Below are positions 27,464 through 37,087 of a stretch of 54,567 nt of DNA, piece after piece. The stretch's first letter is position 1; each line of letters begins with the position of its first letter. Both the position numbers and the translations under genes were made by a program. This stretch comes from a virus (lineage: Duplodnaviria > Caudoviricetes). The stretch covers positions 1-54,567 of IMG/VR virus record IMGVR_UViG_3300025326_000042; one strand, 5' to 3'. Below the pieces are notes generated by a model, which saw only the letters and a program-made list of their open reading frames with translations, ran no database searches and was not told the DNA's origin.

Positions 27464-28965
27464 GCCCGCCTCGCAATCCCGCGAGCGGCAATGGCGTCAT
27501 TGCTGCCGGTGAACTTGCCATCGAGACCCAGAGAGATGTCCCGCAGCGGATAGTGCGCTGGACAGATGCCAGGCTTGTCGAGAGCGAAGACACGTGCAGA
27601 CGCTCCCTCTTCCAGTGTGGAGATGTAGAGGACGCCCCCCGAACCCGCGAGCCGGTCGTAAGTCAGCCCTGCGAATGTATTGACAGCCGCCGGAACATCG
27701 GTCGAATCCAGGATAGTCAGCCAGCTTAGCCCTCGATCCATACTCCGTACTAGCACAGGATTCAGAGCGGAACCGCCGCTGGCGAGCAGCACGTCCGCCC
27801 CGATGTCGATGATCTGGTAGGAGTAGGTGGAGAAGATAACTGGCCCTTCCGTCCACTGAGTCGCGCCGAAGTCGTCCGTATAGATGGCCGTTATGCGGCG
27901 GATGGCGACGATGCGATTCGTCGGAACGTGAAGCAGGACTCCGTGGCGTAAGCCTTCGACGCTCTGCCCCGCGCTGCCCTCGTTCCGAGTGAAGTCAGCG
28001 CCGTTCTGCGTCACCCAAGTGTTGGCTATTCCATTCGCCCTGTCGCCGATGATAGCGATGATCGCGCTGCTGGCCAGGTGCGTCATGATGTCGAGGAAGC
28101 GCCGCCATTGGAGAGGAGTGCCAGCTTGTGATGTATCCTGGTATACCAGAGTCCAATTGGCTCCATCGTCGATGCTCTTGTACACGGCGGGCGCATGTCC
28201 CGCTTCAGCGCTTGGGACAGCGCCGGTGGCGGCGAGCCAGAGAACGCCGCCTGGAGCGATTTCGACATCCTGCACCCCCCACCAGTAGCCGTTCGACAGA
28301 TTCGGAGCGGGGCCGATATTCGCCCACGTCACGCCTTCGTCGGTAGACCTCTGTAGCTGGCCGACATGTGGCCCGTATGTCGGTGAGTTGCCGTCCGACG
28401 TTGCAATGCGATAGAGATTGTTACCCAGTCGCTTGAGACTGTCGAGTGGGAACTGGCTGGCGGCGACAGGATCCTGCTTCAACACCCATGAGACCTCTAG
28501 TCTGGCAGTGCGACGGGGATATGTAGCAGAACCGCCAATAGGACTCTGCACCACGGTCGGCCAATCGTTATAGAGAGCGACAGGCCCGACAGCAATATCC
28601 TTCCCCTTCGCCAGCAGCGGCCACGCGGCAAACCCAGTAGCCGGTCGCAGCATCCGCACTGTCTCCATTGCGTCCGTGGACTTGTAGATGCCTACGCCTT
28701 TGATGAAGATGGCCTCAACGGAGATACGCAACAGCCGACCAGGACGCTGCCCCGCACCTACGAGAACTTCAGCGGACTCTCGCTCCATGCGGCCAGGCCG
28801 TTGTCCTGCTCCGATCAGGACTTCGGTGGAGCCGCGCAAAAGACGCGCCGCTCGTTGCCCCGCGCCGACAAGAATCTCCGTAGAGCCTCGCAGCAGACGT
28901 GCAGTACGGCTACCGGCAGCGACTAGCGCCTCAGTTGACTCGCGGAGCAGTCGTGCGAAAGACAC
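27460..28965 (-). CDS. BNR/Asp-box beta-propeller tail protein with N-terminal 18-aa repeats
   Basis: STDEGVTW, SIDDGANW, TDDFGATQW, SMDRGLSW; five N-terminal repeats. Confidence 0.8.
   Translation of the reverse strand: MSFARLLRESTEALVAAGSRTARLLRGSTEILVGAGQRAARLLRGSTEVLIGAGQRPGRMERESAEVLVGAGQRPGRLLRISVEAIFIKGVGIYKSTDAMETVRMLRPATGFAAWPLLAKGKDIAVGPVALYNDWPTVVQSPIGGSATYPRRTARLEVSWVLKQDPVAASQFPLDSLKRLGNNLYRIATSDGNSPTYGPHVGQLQRSTDEGVTWANIGPAPNLSNGYWWGVQDVEIAPGGVLWLAATGAVPSAEAGHAPAVYKSIDDGANWTLVYQDTSQAGTPLQWRRFLDIMTHLASSAIIAIIGDRANGIANTWVTQNGADFTRNEGSAGQSVEGLRHGVLLHVPTNRIVAIRRITAIYTDDFGATQWTEGPVIFSTYSYQIIDIGADVLLASGGSALNPVLVRSMDRGLSWLTILDSTDVPAAVNTFAGLTYDRLAGSGGVLYISTLEEGASARVFALDKPGICPAHYPLRDISLGLDGKFTGSNDAIAARGIARRA
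28696..28956 (-). repeat. 5 x 18-aa (54-nt period) coding repeat
   Basis: ARLLRESTEALVAAGSRT / ARLLRGSTEILVGAGQRA / ARLLRGSTEVLIGAGQRP / GRMERESAEVLVGAGQRP / GRLLRISVEAIF. Confidence 0.9.
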
Positions 28966-29987
28966 TACACCACCTGGATGCCGAACTCGGCATTATCTAC
29001 GTCCGTGATGTCCCACGGCAGGCTGTCTGCCGGGTTGTCTTGCCAAAGCTCAGTGTAGGTCTGTGGCGTCTGATTGAGCGTCTTCGTCGCGCCAAGGTAA
29101 TCGACGCCAGCTTGCCTTGTCATCGCCTTCACGTCGCGCACGCCTGCATCGTCCGTCTCGCCGTAGAGGTGCACTTGCACAGCGGCGATCTGGCCCGGGC
29201 CGCTCAAGTTCTCGAAGGCGTAAGAGTCCTTCTGCCCGCTCGTATTCGATTCCACGTAGTCGGTGTCCACAGGCGGATTCTCGTCCACACATAAGTAGTT
29301 CGCCTGCGTAGGCGTCGGCGTGAACTGCGCGTAGTTGCCAGCGCCATTGGGCAGGATATTCTGCACACGGCAGTCGTTGAGGAAGTCGTTTCGAGATGCG
29401 CCCTGCTCGTTCAGCAGGTAGAGATCATCCACGTCCACGACCAAGTAGTCGCCTACTTCCGCGAGCAACGCGATCTGATCAAAGACAGTCTTCGTGCCTC
29501 CATTCTTCGTGTCGATGTTCTGTGCGTTGATGCGCTCCTGGCCATCCACGCGCACCACCAGGAAGCCCAGCGTGTCATGCAGCTTGATCTTGACTTCGAG
29601 ATAGCGCCAGATACCCTCGCCGAAGGCGCAAGAGCCTATAAGTACAGGGGAGCCGCCATCTTGATAGAAGCGTAGCTCTGCGCCCGTCCCTACGCCCGTA
29701 AACTTCATGTACACATGCGATGTGGAGCCGCCATCCGACTCGAACGCGAGAAACCTTGGCGAAGGGGACGAGAGGGGGGTCGCCTTGACCGCGCATCCCA
29801 AGACGATGACATCATCCTCCTCTGTCGTTGACAGCGACCTCTTCAGTTGGCTGGCGGGAGAAGGCGTATAAGAGAGGCGGGCTCCGTTCCCTGTGCGCCC
29901 AGCAACGAGCGTGACCCCCTGCATCGCCGTCCACTTGTTTTTCAGGAACAGATTATCATCGAAGCCGTCGAACATAATGATACTCAT
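28965..29987 (-). CDS. tail-associated protein (LamG/lectin-like)
   Basis: MSIIMFDGFD start, W.YLEVK...VRVDG, DDLY; located in the tail-tip region. Confidence 0.7.
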   Translation of the reverse strand: MSIIMFDGFDDNLFLKNKWTAMQGVTLVAGRTGNGARLSYTPSPASQLKRSLSTTEEDDVIVLGCAVKATPLSSPSPRFLAFESDGGSTSHVYMKFTGVGTGAELRFYQDGGSPVLIGSCAFGEGIWRYLEVKIKLHDTLGFLVVRVDGQERINAQNIDTKNGGTKTVFDQIALLAEVGDYLVVDVDDLYLLNEQGASRNDFLNDCRVQNILPNGAGNYAQFTPTPTQANYLCVDENPPVDTDYVESNTSGQKDSYAFENLSGPGQIAAVQVHLYGETDDAGVRDVKAMTRQAGVDYLGATKTLNQTPQTYTELWQDNPADSLPWDITDVDNAEFGIQVV

Positions 29988-29996
29988 ATACTCCTC

Positions 29997-32357
29997 CTAG
30001 TCCTCCGCCGCGATGAACCAGACGTTCGGCCCAAGCATCCCGAGTTCTGGGTCGACATACCAGAGCGCTTTGTTCGGCGTGACGCCGACGGGCATCACGT
30101 CGGCGGTCTTCGTCCACGTGATGCCATCGAGCGAATGCCAGACATCGCGGTTGTTGAACGCCGCATGAAAGTGATTCACGATGCCGTTGTCGCCCACCAC
30201 GTAACGCCCAGTCGTCAAGCCCGCGTCAAGTCCCGTCGCCCGCTTCCACGTCGAGGGCTGGAATGGATTGTCGCAGTGATAGACGGGCCGGACACCGGAG
30301 GCGCCACCATCCGCGTTCTCCATCACGATGACCAGCCCGGAACCGTCGCCCTTGTCGAGCGCATCGACGATCCTGAGAGACGCGGATGCAGCCGGAAGAT
30401 CGCTAGTCAACTCGCCTCCGAACGCAAGCTGCGTCCAGGCGAGAGACGGCACCACTGGATCGTAGGCGATGACAGGTCTATTCGCGCCGTCGCCACCGAA
30501 GACCCAGACGCCCCCGCCGCCTGGCAGTCCGATCTTGCGCCCTGTCGCCGATGCGCCCAAGCCGAGCTTCGTTCGGACGTTATCATACGTCGCCCACGTC
30601 GCGCCTCCGTCGGTCGAGATGTAGACGATGAGATCATCCGTCAGCGCCCAGACGACACTGGCATTGCGCCAGTCCCACGCGATGTCCTGGATCGCCGCGC
30701 CTCCAGCGGCTCGCACAGTAGCGATGCTCTGACAGTAGTCAGTCGTGCGCTTGATTGAGCCGTCGGCGAAGCCGTAGACGGCATGGCCCGAGTTCACGCC
30801 ATCGTTCGGACGCGCAGCGACGCAGATGCAGGTCGAGCCTGCCTCGTCATTCCAGTTCTCGCCGCCGTCAGGCGTCGCCGAGGCGTTGTTGTCCAACGCG
30901 GCGAAGATGGCGGGGATATGGACTTCGCTCTCCGTCGCCGCGATGGGGATGACCTGCATGACGGCGTTCGTCCGGCCCGAGTCATCCGTGACGGTCAGCG
31001 TCACCTCCCAGTCGCCCGACACGGCGGCCGGATCAACACGCACAGTCGCTATTTTGGTGGTGATGTTGTCGATCTGCGGGTTCGTGAAGGATGCAGCCTG
31101 ATTGTCCGACCACGCGTAGCTCGCTATCGAGCCGTCTCGATCCTGGGACTCAGAGGCGTCGAATGTGGCGAATGCGTAGACGCGATCTCCGAAGACCTCG
31201 CGCTCAATCTCATACCGGAACGCCGCATCTGGATCGAGACCGATTTCCCCGCCCAGCTCATCGCCTCCCCGCAGCCTGAGCGTCGTTGAGAAGCCACGCG
31301 AGTCGATGTCGTGCGAGAGGCCGATGACGAGGAAGTTCCCCACAGCGTCAAGCTCGGCGAAGTCCAGATGGATCGTCACGCCTAGTTCGATTTGTGGATC
31401 GCCAGGCAGTTCTATCGTGAGTTCTCGTGGGACGCGGGCGTGATCCGACAGTAGCCGCAACGCGACTTCAGCCGCTTTCGCATCCGTATCGATCAAGCTG
31501 TTGCTATACTCTTCGTCGATAAATGTGCCTGACGGCAGCGGTGGCTGCACAAGTGGATTGTCTACGACGGACGCCGACGCCGTGATAACGCGGCTTGTCT
31601 CATTCGGCGGCGTCCCCTCGACGACCGTGGCGCCCGTTACCAGCACGCGGGTGCGGAGCTGCTCTGGGTCTTCTCGGTCGGTGCCGCGAATAATCCTCGC
31701 CGTCCCCGCGACATTCGTTGTATACGTGCGCCATGAAGTAGCTGCGGGCACCATCGGTATCCGGCGGATGACGACTTTGCCTGTGCCAAGTTCGTAAACG
31801 CGTAGCCCTTCCAAGTCCATCACATACTGAAGCATCTGCGAGGGCATCATCCGTTCGAGCTTCGCCACGTAGTTGGGCGCACTGCCCAATACAAAGCCGG
31901 ATGTGAAGATGAGTCGATTGTCCGTGATGCCCACATAGGCGAGGATATTGCCGAGCGCTTGCGTCACCGTCAGCCCATCCAGGTCGCGCTCGCCAATCTC
32001 AGGCGTATGGAAGAGTGGGTAAAGTCTCCCATCACAGATGATCGCTCCACCTGGGAAGTCGCGCTCCCTCGCTTGGATGGTGCCTGTGAAGACCCTATAG
32101 TACTCGCCATCGAAGCCGAGGTTCACCCTCACACGCTGCCCACGATGCATCCATGTCGGGATACGATTCAGAGAGATGCGGCAGACTGGGACGGGCGCGT
32201 CAAAGGACTTAGAGATCGATAGCCCCGTGATACCAGGCTGTCCGGCTGGATTCGTCTCATTGCGCGGGACGAGCAGCACGCTGCCGCCGAGCGCATCGAC
32301 CCACACGCGCAAGTAGAGCTGACGCGTGAGATTAAAGATTTTGGTGGCGAGCGCCAT
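29997..32357 (-). CDS. baseplate hub / Tal-like protein with PKD domain and partial propeller
   Basis: Hub-like N-half (VFTG.I, PGDPQIELG, F.T.L.L), PKD 'FDASES.D.DGSIASYAW...VTLTVTDDSG', Asp-boxes; two genes downstream of the tape measure. Confidence 0.78.
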   Translation of the reverse strand: MALATKIFNLTRQLYLRVWVDALGGSVLLVPRNETNPAGQPGITGLSISKSFDAPVPVCRISLNRIPTWMHRGQRVRVNLGFDGEYYRVFTGTIQARERDFPGGAIICDGRLYPLFHTPEIGERDLDGLTVTQALGNILAYVGITDNRLIFTSGFVLGSAPNYVAKLERMMPSQMLQYVMDLEGLRVYELGTGKVVIRRIPMVPAATSWRTYTTNVAGTARIIRGTDREDPEQLRTRVLVTGATVVEGTPPNETSRVITASASVVDNPLVQPPLPSGTFIDEEYSNSLIDTDAKAAEVALRLLSDHARVPRELTIELPGDPQIELGVTIHLDFAELDAVGNFLVIGLSHDIDSRGFSTTLRLRGGDELGGEIGLDPDAAFRYEIEREVFGDRVYAFATFDASESQDRDGSIASYAWSDNQAASFTNPQIDNITTKIATVRVDPAAVSGDWEVTLTVTDDSGRTNAVMQVIPIAATESEVHIPAIFAALDNNASATPDGGENWNDEAGSTCICVAARPNDGVNSGHAVYGFADGSIKRTTDYCQSIATVRAAGGAAIQDIAWDWRNASVVWALTDDLIVYISTDGGATWATYDNVRTKLGLGASATGRKIGLPGGGGVWVFGGDGANRPVIAYDPVVPSLAWTQLAFGGELTSDLPAASASLRIVDALDKGDGSGLVIVMENADGGASGVRPVYHCDNPFQPSTWKRATGLDAGLTTGRYVVGDNGIVNHFHAAFNNRDVWHSLDGITWTKTADVMPVGVTPNKALWYVDPELGMLGPNVWFIAAED

Positions 32358-32358
32358 G

Positions 32359-32718
32359 TTACCTCTTTGTCAGCGTGAAGCTGCACCTGAACTTGCTCTG
32401 CGCTTCAGGTGCGGAGTGCTCGATTTGGAGGTCATCCAAGACGACATTGAAGCCTGTAGCATTCTGAGGTGTGACAAACAATACAGCAATGCCTCCGTCG
32501 TTCACGGCGACCAGCTTGTCTTTCGTCGCAGCGGAAGCCCGCGCGACGAAGAACGGCCAGCTCTCCGAGTCTGTGCCCATGAGCGTCATAACCGTGCCAG
32601 GTTCTCCGACGCCGATAACGGCGTGGCGAGCCCACCGCTGGCGCTTGTGCTCGATTACTGGCCCACGTGCTGGCTCTTCGCCGTTTGGGAATGGGTAGCC
32701 GTCAAGTATGAAAGGCAT
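32359..32718 (-). CDS. distal tail protein-like
   Basis: Lies between tape measure and hub; 119 aa, beta-rich. Confidence 0.6.
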   Translation of the reverse strand: MPFILDGYPFPNGEEPARGPVIEHKRQRWARHAVIGVGEPGTVMTLMGTDSESWPFFVARASAATKDKLVAVNDGGIAVLFVTPQNATGFNVVLDDLQIEHSAPEAQSKFRCSFTLTKR

Positions 32719-32724
32719 CTAGAC

Positions 32725-35700
32725 TCACCCTGGTACGAACGTGCCGGACGATACGAACCCGCCACCATGCGCCGCGTCTCGCAATGCACGCGCCAGCATC
32801 GCATCCACCTCTCGTCTGACGTCCCGATCTGATGTCCCCGGAGCAGCGTTCACATTCACTCTAATCGAGATATTCGGCGCATAAGGACTGGTGTAGGCGC
32901 TACCAGGCGCGGGGAGCAAACCTCGCGCTGTCAAGAGTGCGTCGGAGAAGAGGCCCAGTTGCGTGGTCGCTCCTATGAGCGCCAGCCGCTCATAGTCGAG
33001 TTGCAGATTCAGGTCTCTGATTAGCCCCGACTCGTCTGAGATGAGCCCAATAAGCATCGTCGCTTGCTGGATCATCTCACGGTCAGTGAGAATCGCCTCG
33101 TCCGCAAGCTGGCCTCGGATACGCATGATCTCGATCTCAGTCTTGCGGAGGTCTAGCTCTCGCTCGATGGCTTCAATTTGGCGGTCGAGAGGCTCAAGGA
33201 CATCTGCCAGCTCTTCTTCCGTAGCGCCTCCCCTGAGCATGAGCGAGCGCTGACGCTGTAGCTGCGCGAGCCTGAACTCCATCGCAAGCGTCTCTCTCGT
33301 AGGCGCTCCTAACACCTGACCAAGACGCTGGCGTGCGAAGTCGAGCGTCGCGGCGGCGAGTCTGTGCAAGTATGCGATGACCGTCTCTTCCGAAGTCTTG
33401 AACGCCGCTTTGAGGGAGATGAGCGCCGCCCGGAACACAGCAGCGTCACCTGAAAGCCCCCTCGCGCCCAACATGACTTCAAGATCGGCAAGCTCTTCAG
33501 CCAACGTCCTAACAGCTCGGGCGGCTTGGGCGGCTTGGGCACCGTAGTTGCCTCCAAAGGGGGGCTCTCCGGGCTTAGGAGCCGATAGCCCCTTGATCGC
33601 CTCGACAGCTTCCAGGATCATGTACGGATTCTGCTCAGTCAGGAGCCCGAATGAGATCGCTGCCCGCGCCATGCTTGCTGCAACAGTATCCCCCGCTGAC
33701 GCCAAAACGAAGACTTGTCGAATCGCGTACTCGACACCATCTACGCGAACATTCATCACGAAGTCTTCTGCTGTCAGCTTGCCTCCCCATGCAAGCAGGT
33801 CTCGGAGAGCCACCCTTGCTTCATCTTCCCCGAGTACGCGCACGATCATCCCGAACCCAGCTTGCACCAGCGGACTTGCCCGCGAAACTAGGGTTTTAAG
33901 CTCCATCCATGCTGCGTCTGCGGCAGCGCGTTCTGCCGCACCTGCCGCCGTCGCGCCAGAAGCCAAGTCTCCATAGGCTCGTGTTCCCGCTTCTATCGCA
34001 TCGGTTAATTCCTGTTGAGTTTTCAGTCCTCCTAACTGCAAGTTCGCCGTCGTCTTAGCTACCTCTCCTATTAAGCGTTCCTTCTCAATATACGCCTGCT
34101 GCGCTGGGATGAGGTTATTCTGCAAGACATCGACGCGATCTTTCTCAGCCTGTGTCCACGGGCGCGGCAGCGTCCGAAGGTTATTCAGCTCCTGCTGCAA
34201 GCCAAGCAGCGTGAGTCTCGCCTTCTCTTCTTCTACCGTCGGCTCGCTGAACATTGCAAAAAGCTTCTTGCGAGCGTCCTCAGCAGCAGTTCCAATCGCG
34301 CTGATATCTGGCGCAAGTCCGCCGAGGTTGCTACCGAGAGTGGAAGCACCTCCACTTGCCGCACTCATTGCACCAACAAAGTTCGTGGTGGCGATGTCAG
34401 CGTCTCTAGTCGCTTCCTCCTGATCTCGGAAGAGACCTTGGAGGGTGTCTATATGTCCGTAAAGCTGTCTAATCGCCTTAAGGGGCCCAGGAGTTGGGTC
34501 AAGGATTTGTCTAGCTGTCTCCCCAACCATCTTCCCTACCGAGATGTCGGGGAGGGGACCTGGTAAACTTACCGACAGAAGGTTTAATTTATCGGTCGCG
34601 TATCCGGCAGCATCCCCCAACTCGCGTAGCGCGGCAGCGAAGTCAGCCACTATCTGGGCTGTGAGGGTAATATAGGGTAACAGGACGGTTCCAACTTCAA
34701 TCGCTAAGTCGCCGATTGCTGCCTTGGCGACATTAAGTTGTCCCGCCGTCGTATTTAATTGTTTCTGGAACTCTTCGTGACGCGCCGAACTCTCCTGAAC
34801 GGCAGTACGTCCTTCATCAATGACATCTCGAAGCAGTCCACCTGCCGCAGCCAATCTGAGGAACTCTCGGGTGAGCCGTACATCGCTTAACTCTAAGGCC
34901 TCAAGCCAGAGTTGCGCCTCTTCGCCGGAAGCTGCGAGCTGTTCAACAAAGCGCGTGAAGACTTCTGTGGGATCCGTCCGCACAAGCTCGCGGAACTGCT
35001 CACCAGTCAGGCCTAGTAGACCGGAGAAGACCTTGAGTTCGTCACCGCCTTTGACTGCTGCTCCTTGCATCGCCAAGAGCACTCGTTGGATTGCCGAGCC
35101 CGACGCCTCCGCATCCTTCGACACAGACGACATTGCCGCCGCAATTCCGACAAGATCAGCGCCGGAGATTTTTAGGACGGCGCCTGCGCCCGAGATGCGA
35201 TTAAGCAGCTCAGTGATCTGTCCCTCTGTCGCAGTGAACTTGTTTCCGAGATCAACCACCTCGTTGGTCAGACGGTCGATATCATCGACGGAGAGGCTGA
35301 GAGTGTAAGCCAGCCTGCCGAAGGAGGCGGCCGCCTCATCCGCTGAGAGGTCCTCAGACGCGCTCGCCAGCTCAATAATGATCCGCTCGAACTGCACGAT
35401 GTCCTTTACAGCAATGCCCAAAGACCCCGCAGCCCGTCCGACATTGTTGATCGTATTGACGTTCGTGCCCAGAGAGATGGCGAGTGCGCGGTTCTGTCGC
35501 CCTAGCTCTGCGAACTCTTCATCAGTTGCCTCGACCGTCTTCCTGATGCCTACGAAGCTCGACTCGAATGCAATAGCAGCCTGAGTGGATTTATAGAGTC
35601 CGGTGGCGAGTGCAATCGCGCCTACAGACGCCCCCGCCAGAATGAGCGTCCCCGTCGCACTAAGCTGGAACAGGCCGTCAAGTTGCGCGGCGGCGGTGGC

Positions 35701-36075
35701 GGCGGTCGGGCTGATGAAGCCAAGCGCGGCGGTCGTTCGCGTCGCTGCTCTGGTGAATGCATCCGCGCCCGCTCGTGACAAGCCGAATGCGCCGCTCGCC
35801 TGCCTGACACTGTGATCCATGGCCGCAGCCGAGCGCGTGAGAGCATCAAGTTGCGCTGCTGTCGCTTTTACAGCAGGAGCCGTATCTTTGACTAGTACAA
35901 GGCCAAACTTCGCCGCCATCTCTTTGGCTTGCTTCAGCGTGGCGGCGGAGGCGGCAGTACTCCTCGTGCCCGCATTGATCGAGGCATTGAGGTTCTTTAG
36001 CTCCTGCGAGAGCTTCTTTATCTGCCCGGAGCCCTCGTCGCGGATGCGGAACCCAAGTTCGATTCGTTCAGGCAC
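32725..36075 (-). CDS. tape measure protein
   Basis: 1116 aa, Ala-rich and helical; 'FESSFVGIRKTV' TP901-type core; follows the tail chaperone. Confidence 0.93.
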   Translation of the reverse strand: MPERIELGFRIRDEGSGQIKKLSQELKNLNASINAGTRSTAASAATLKQAKEMAAKFGLVLVKDTAPAVKATAAQLDALTRSAAAMDHSVRQASGAFGLSRAGADAFTRAATRTTAALGFISPTAATAAAQLDGLFQLSATGTLILAGASVGAIALATGLYKSTQAAIAFESSFVGIRKTVEATDEEFAELGRQNRALAISLGTNVNTINNVGRAAGSLGIAVKDIVQFERIIIELASASEDLSADEAAASFGRLAYTLSLSVDDIDRLTNEVVDLGNKFTATEGQITELLNRISGAGAVLKISGADLVGIAAAMSSVSKDAEASGSAIQRVLLAMQGAAVKGGDELKVFSGLLGLTGEQFRELVRTDPTEVFTRFVEQLAASGEEAQLWLEALELSDVRLTREFLRLAAAGGLLRDVIDEGRTAVQESSARHEEFQKQLNTTAGQLNVAKAAIGDLAIEVGTVLLPYITLTAQIVADFAAALRELGDAAGYATDKLNLLSVSLPGPLPDISVGKMVGETARQILDPTPGPLKAIRQLYGHIDTLQGLFRDQEEATRDADIATTNFVGAMSAASGGASTLGSNLGGLAPDISAIGTAAEDARKKLFAMFSEPTVEEEKARLTLLGLQQELNNLRTLPRPWTQAEKDRVDVLQNNLIPAQQAYIEKERLIGEVAKTTANLQLGGLKTQQELTDAIEAGTRAYGDLASGATAAGAAERAAADAAWMELKTLVSRASPLVQAGFGMIVRVLGEDEARVALRDLLAWGGKLTAEDFVMNVRVDGVEYAIRQVFVLASAGDTVAASMARAAISFGLLTEQNPYMILEAVEAIKGLSAPKPGEPPFGGNYGAQAAQAARAVRTLAEELADLEVMLGARGLSGDAAVFRAALISLKAAFKTSEETVIAYLHRLAAATLDFARQRLGQVLGAPTRETLAMEFRLAQLQRQRSLMLRGGATEEELADVLEPLDRQIEAIERELDLRKTEIEIMRIRGQLADEAILTDREMIQQATMLIGLISDESGLIRDLNLQLDYERLALIGATTQLGLFSDALLTARGLLPAPGSAYTSPYAPNISIRVNVNAAPGTSDRDVRREVDAMLARALRDAAHGGGFVSSGTFVPG

Positions 36076-36079
36076 GACT

Positions 36080-36639
36080 CTATCGCCTCTTCACATCAGG
36101 TTCTTCTTCAACCAGATGTTCTGCTTCCATGACAAGCAGCATATCCTCGATGACCCACTGTGGCGTCGCACATAGCTCTTGAAACGAGAGCTTCCATCGC
36201 TCCATCAAGAGCAGATAGATCATCTGGCTGGGCCAGTAAGCGCTTTCTCCTCCGACGACGAACTTTCGTCTGGCGACGCCGATGCTGAGGTAGAGCTGTT
36301 CTCTAAAGGGGCCTTCTGCTCCTCCGGCTCCGTTCCAAGGATGACCGACAGGACCTGCTGAATAGTCTTATCAGGCATCTCCTGCACCGTCTCCTCGTTG
36401 ATCGGCATGTCTTCAGACCAAGCGACGATCATGCGCGTCAGGAGCGACAGGTTGAATGCGCTGATGTCGAAGTCCACCTGAGCCGCAGCAGCTCGATCTT
36501 TGCCCCTGCTTGCGGAGACCTTAGCTGCTGCGGCTCGTTGCGCTTCGACCGTATCCCGATACATGCGTTCAGTTCGGACATCGATCCAGTCCTCACCGAA
36601 CCAAAGTCTCTTGGTCTTGCGCTCTCGTCTGAGTGCCAT
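36080..36639 (-). CDS. tail assembly chaperone, long form via -1 frameshift (gpGT-like)
   Basis: The -1 frame from the slippery site is open: REQLYLSIG...LMERWKLSFQELCATPQWVIEDMLLVMEAE...KRR*, ending 4 nt before the tape measure start. Confidence 0.8.
36220..36639 (-). CDS. tail assembly chaperone (gpG-like)
   Basis: Between tail tube and tape measure; 'IVAWS...PI.EE....MP' motif. Confidence 0.85.
   Translation of the reverse strand: MALRRERKTKRLWFGEDWIDVRTERMYRDTVEAQRAAAAKVSASRGKDRAAAAQVDFDISAFNLSLLTRMIVAWSEDMPINEETVQEMPDKTIQQVLSVILGTEPEEQKAPLENSSTSASASPDESSSSEEKALTGPAR
36304..36310 (-). promoter_or_regulatory. programmed -1 frameshift heptamer C CCT TTA
   Basis: X XXY YYZ in the correct phase (GCC CCT TTA). 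Confidence 0.82.
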
Positions 36640-36673
36640 TAGGATCCTCCTTCTACTAGGACACTAGAGCTGC

Positions 36674-37069
36674 TTAAACCTGATGGAACACCTGTGTCGC
36701 TGGTCGGATCGTGTACGACTCGTCCCAGAGTCCGCCCATGTCGCCTCCATGATCGTCGAGAGAGACATACCCGGAGCCATACCAGTAGTCCGTCGTCACG
36801 CCCCGATCTGGGTACATGTAGAACGATCGGGGTGTTGGGCTGTTGGCGATGGCGTCCGACTCCATGCCCCTGAACCCGGCCTGGTCGTAGTGCCTCCGGA
36901 CGGTCATCTCGAAGTCGCCGAATCCAGGCTGGTATGTCCTGTTTGTGTCGCCGTAAGCCGTATCCTCGATCCACTCCCTATCGAAGCTGACCGAGATCGC
37001 GGTGCCTTCAGTGACGAATGCGCTATTCCAGTAGAGATATGCGTTCCTCCACTTAATTGGCCCTGCCAT
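36674..37069 (-). CDS. major tail tube protein
   Basis: 'EDTAYGDTNRTYQPG', 'YWYGSGYV'; directly upstream of the chaperone. Confidence 0.8.
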   Translation of the reverse strand: MAGPIKWRNAYLYWNSAFVTEGTAISVSFDREWIEDTAYGDTNRTYQPGFGDFEMTVRRHYDQAGFRGMESDAIANSPTPRSFYMYPDRGVTTDYWYGSGYVSLDDHGGDMGGLWDESYTIRPATQVFHQV

Positions 37070-37087
37070 GTGCTACGTCCTCCTCCG

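Noticed and set aside
22419-28965. Duplicated tail segments as diversity-generating retroelement or invertible cassette
   Set aside because: Similarity is at the protein level with synonymous divergence, not adenine-specific; no reverse transcriptase or invertase in the window.
29987-29999. Hub TAG stop in frame with the next gene (also TAG-ATG at 39682), suggesting amber readthrough or recoding
   Set aside because: The TAG is part of the next gene's SD (TAGGAGGAG), and conserved genes are full length under code 11, so there is no sign of reassignment.
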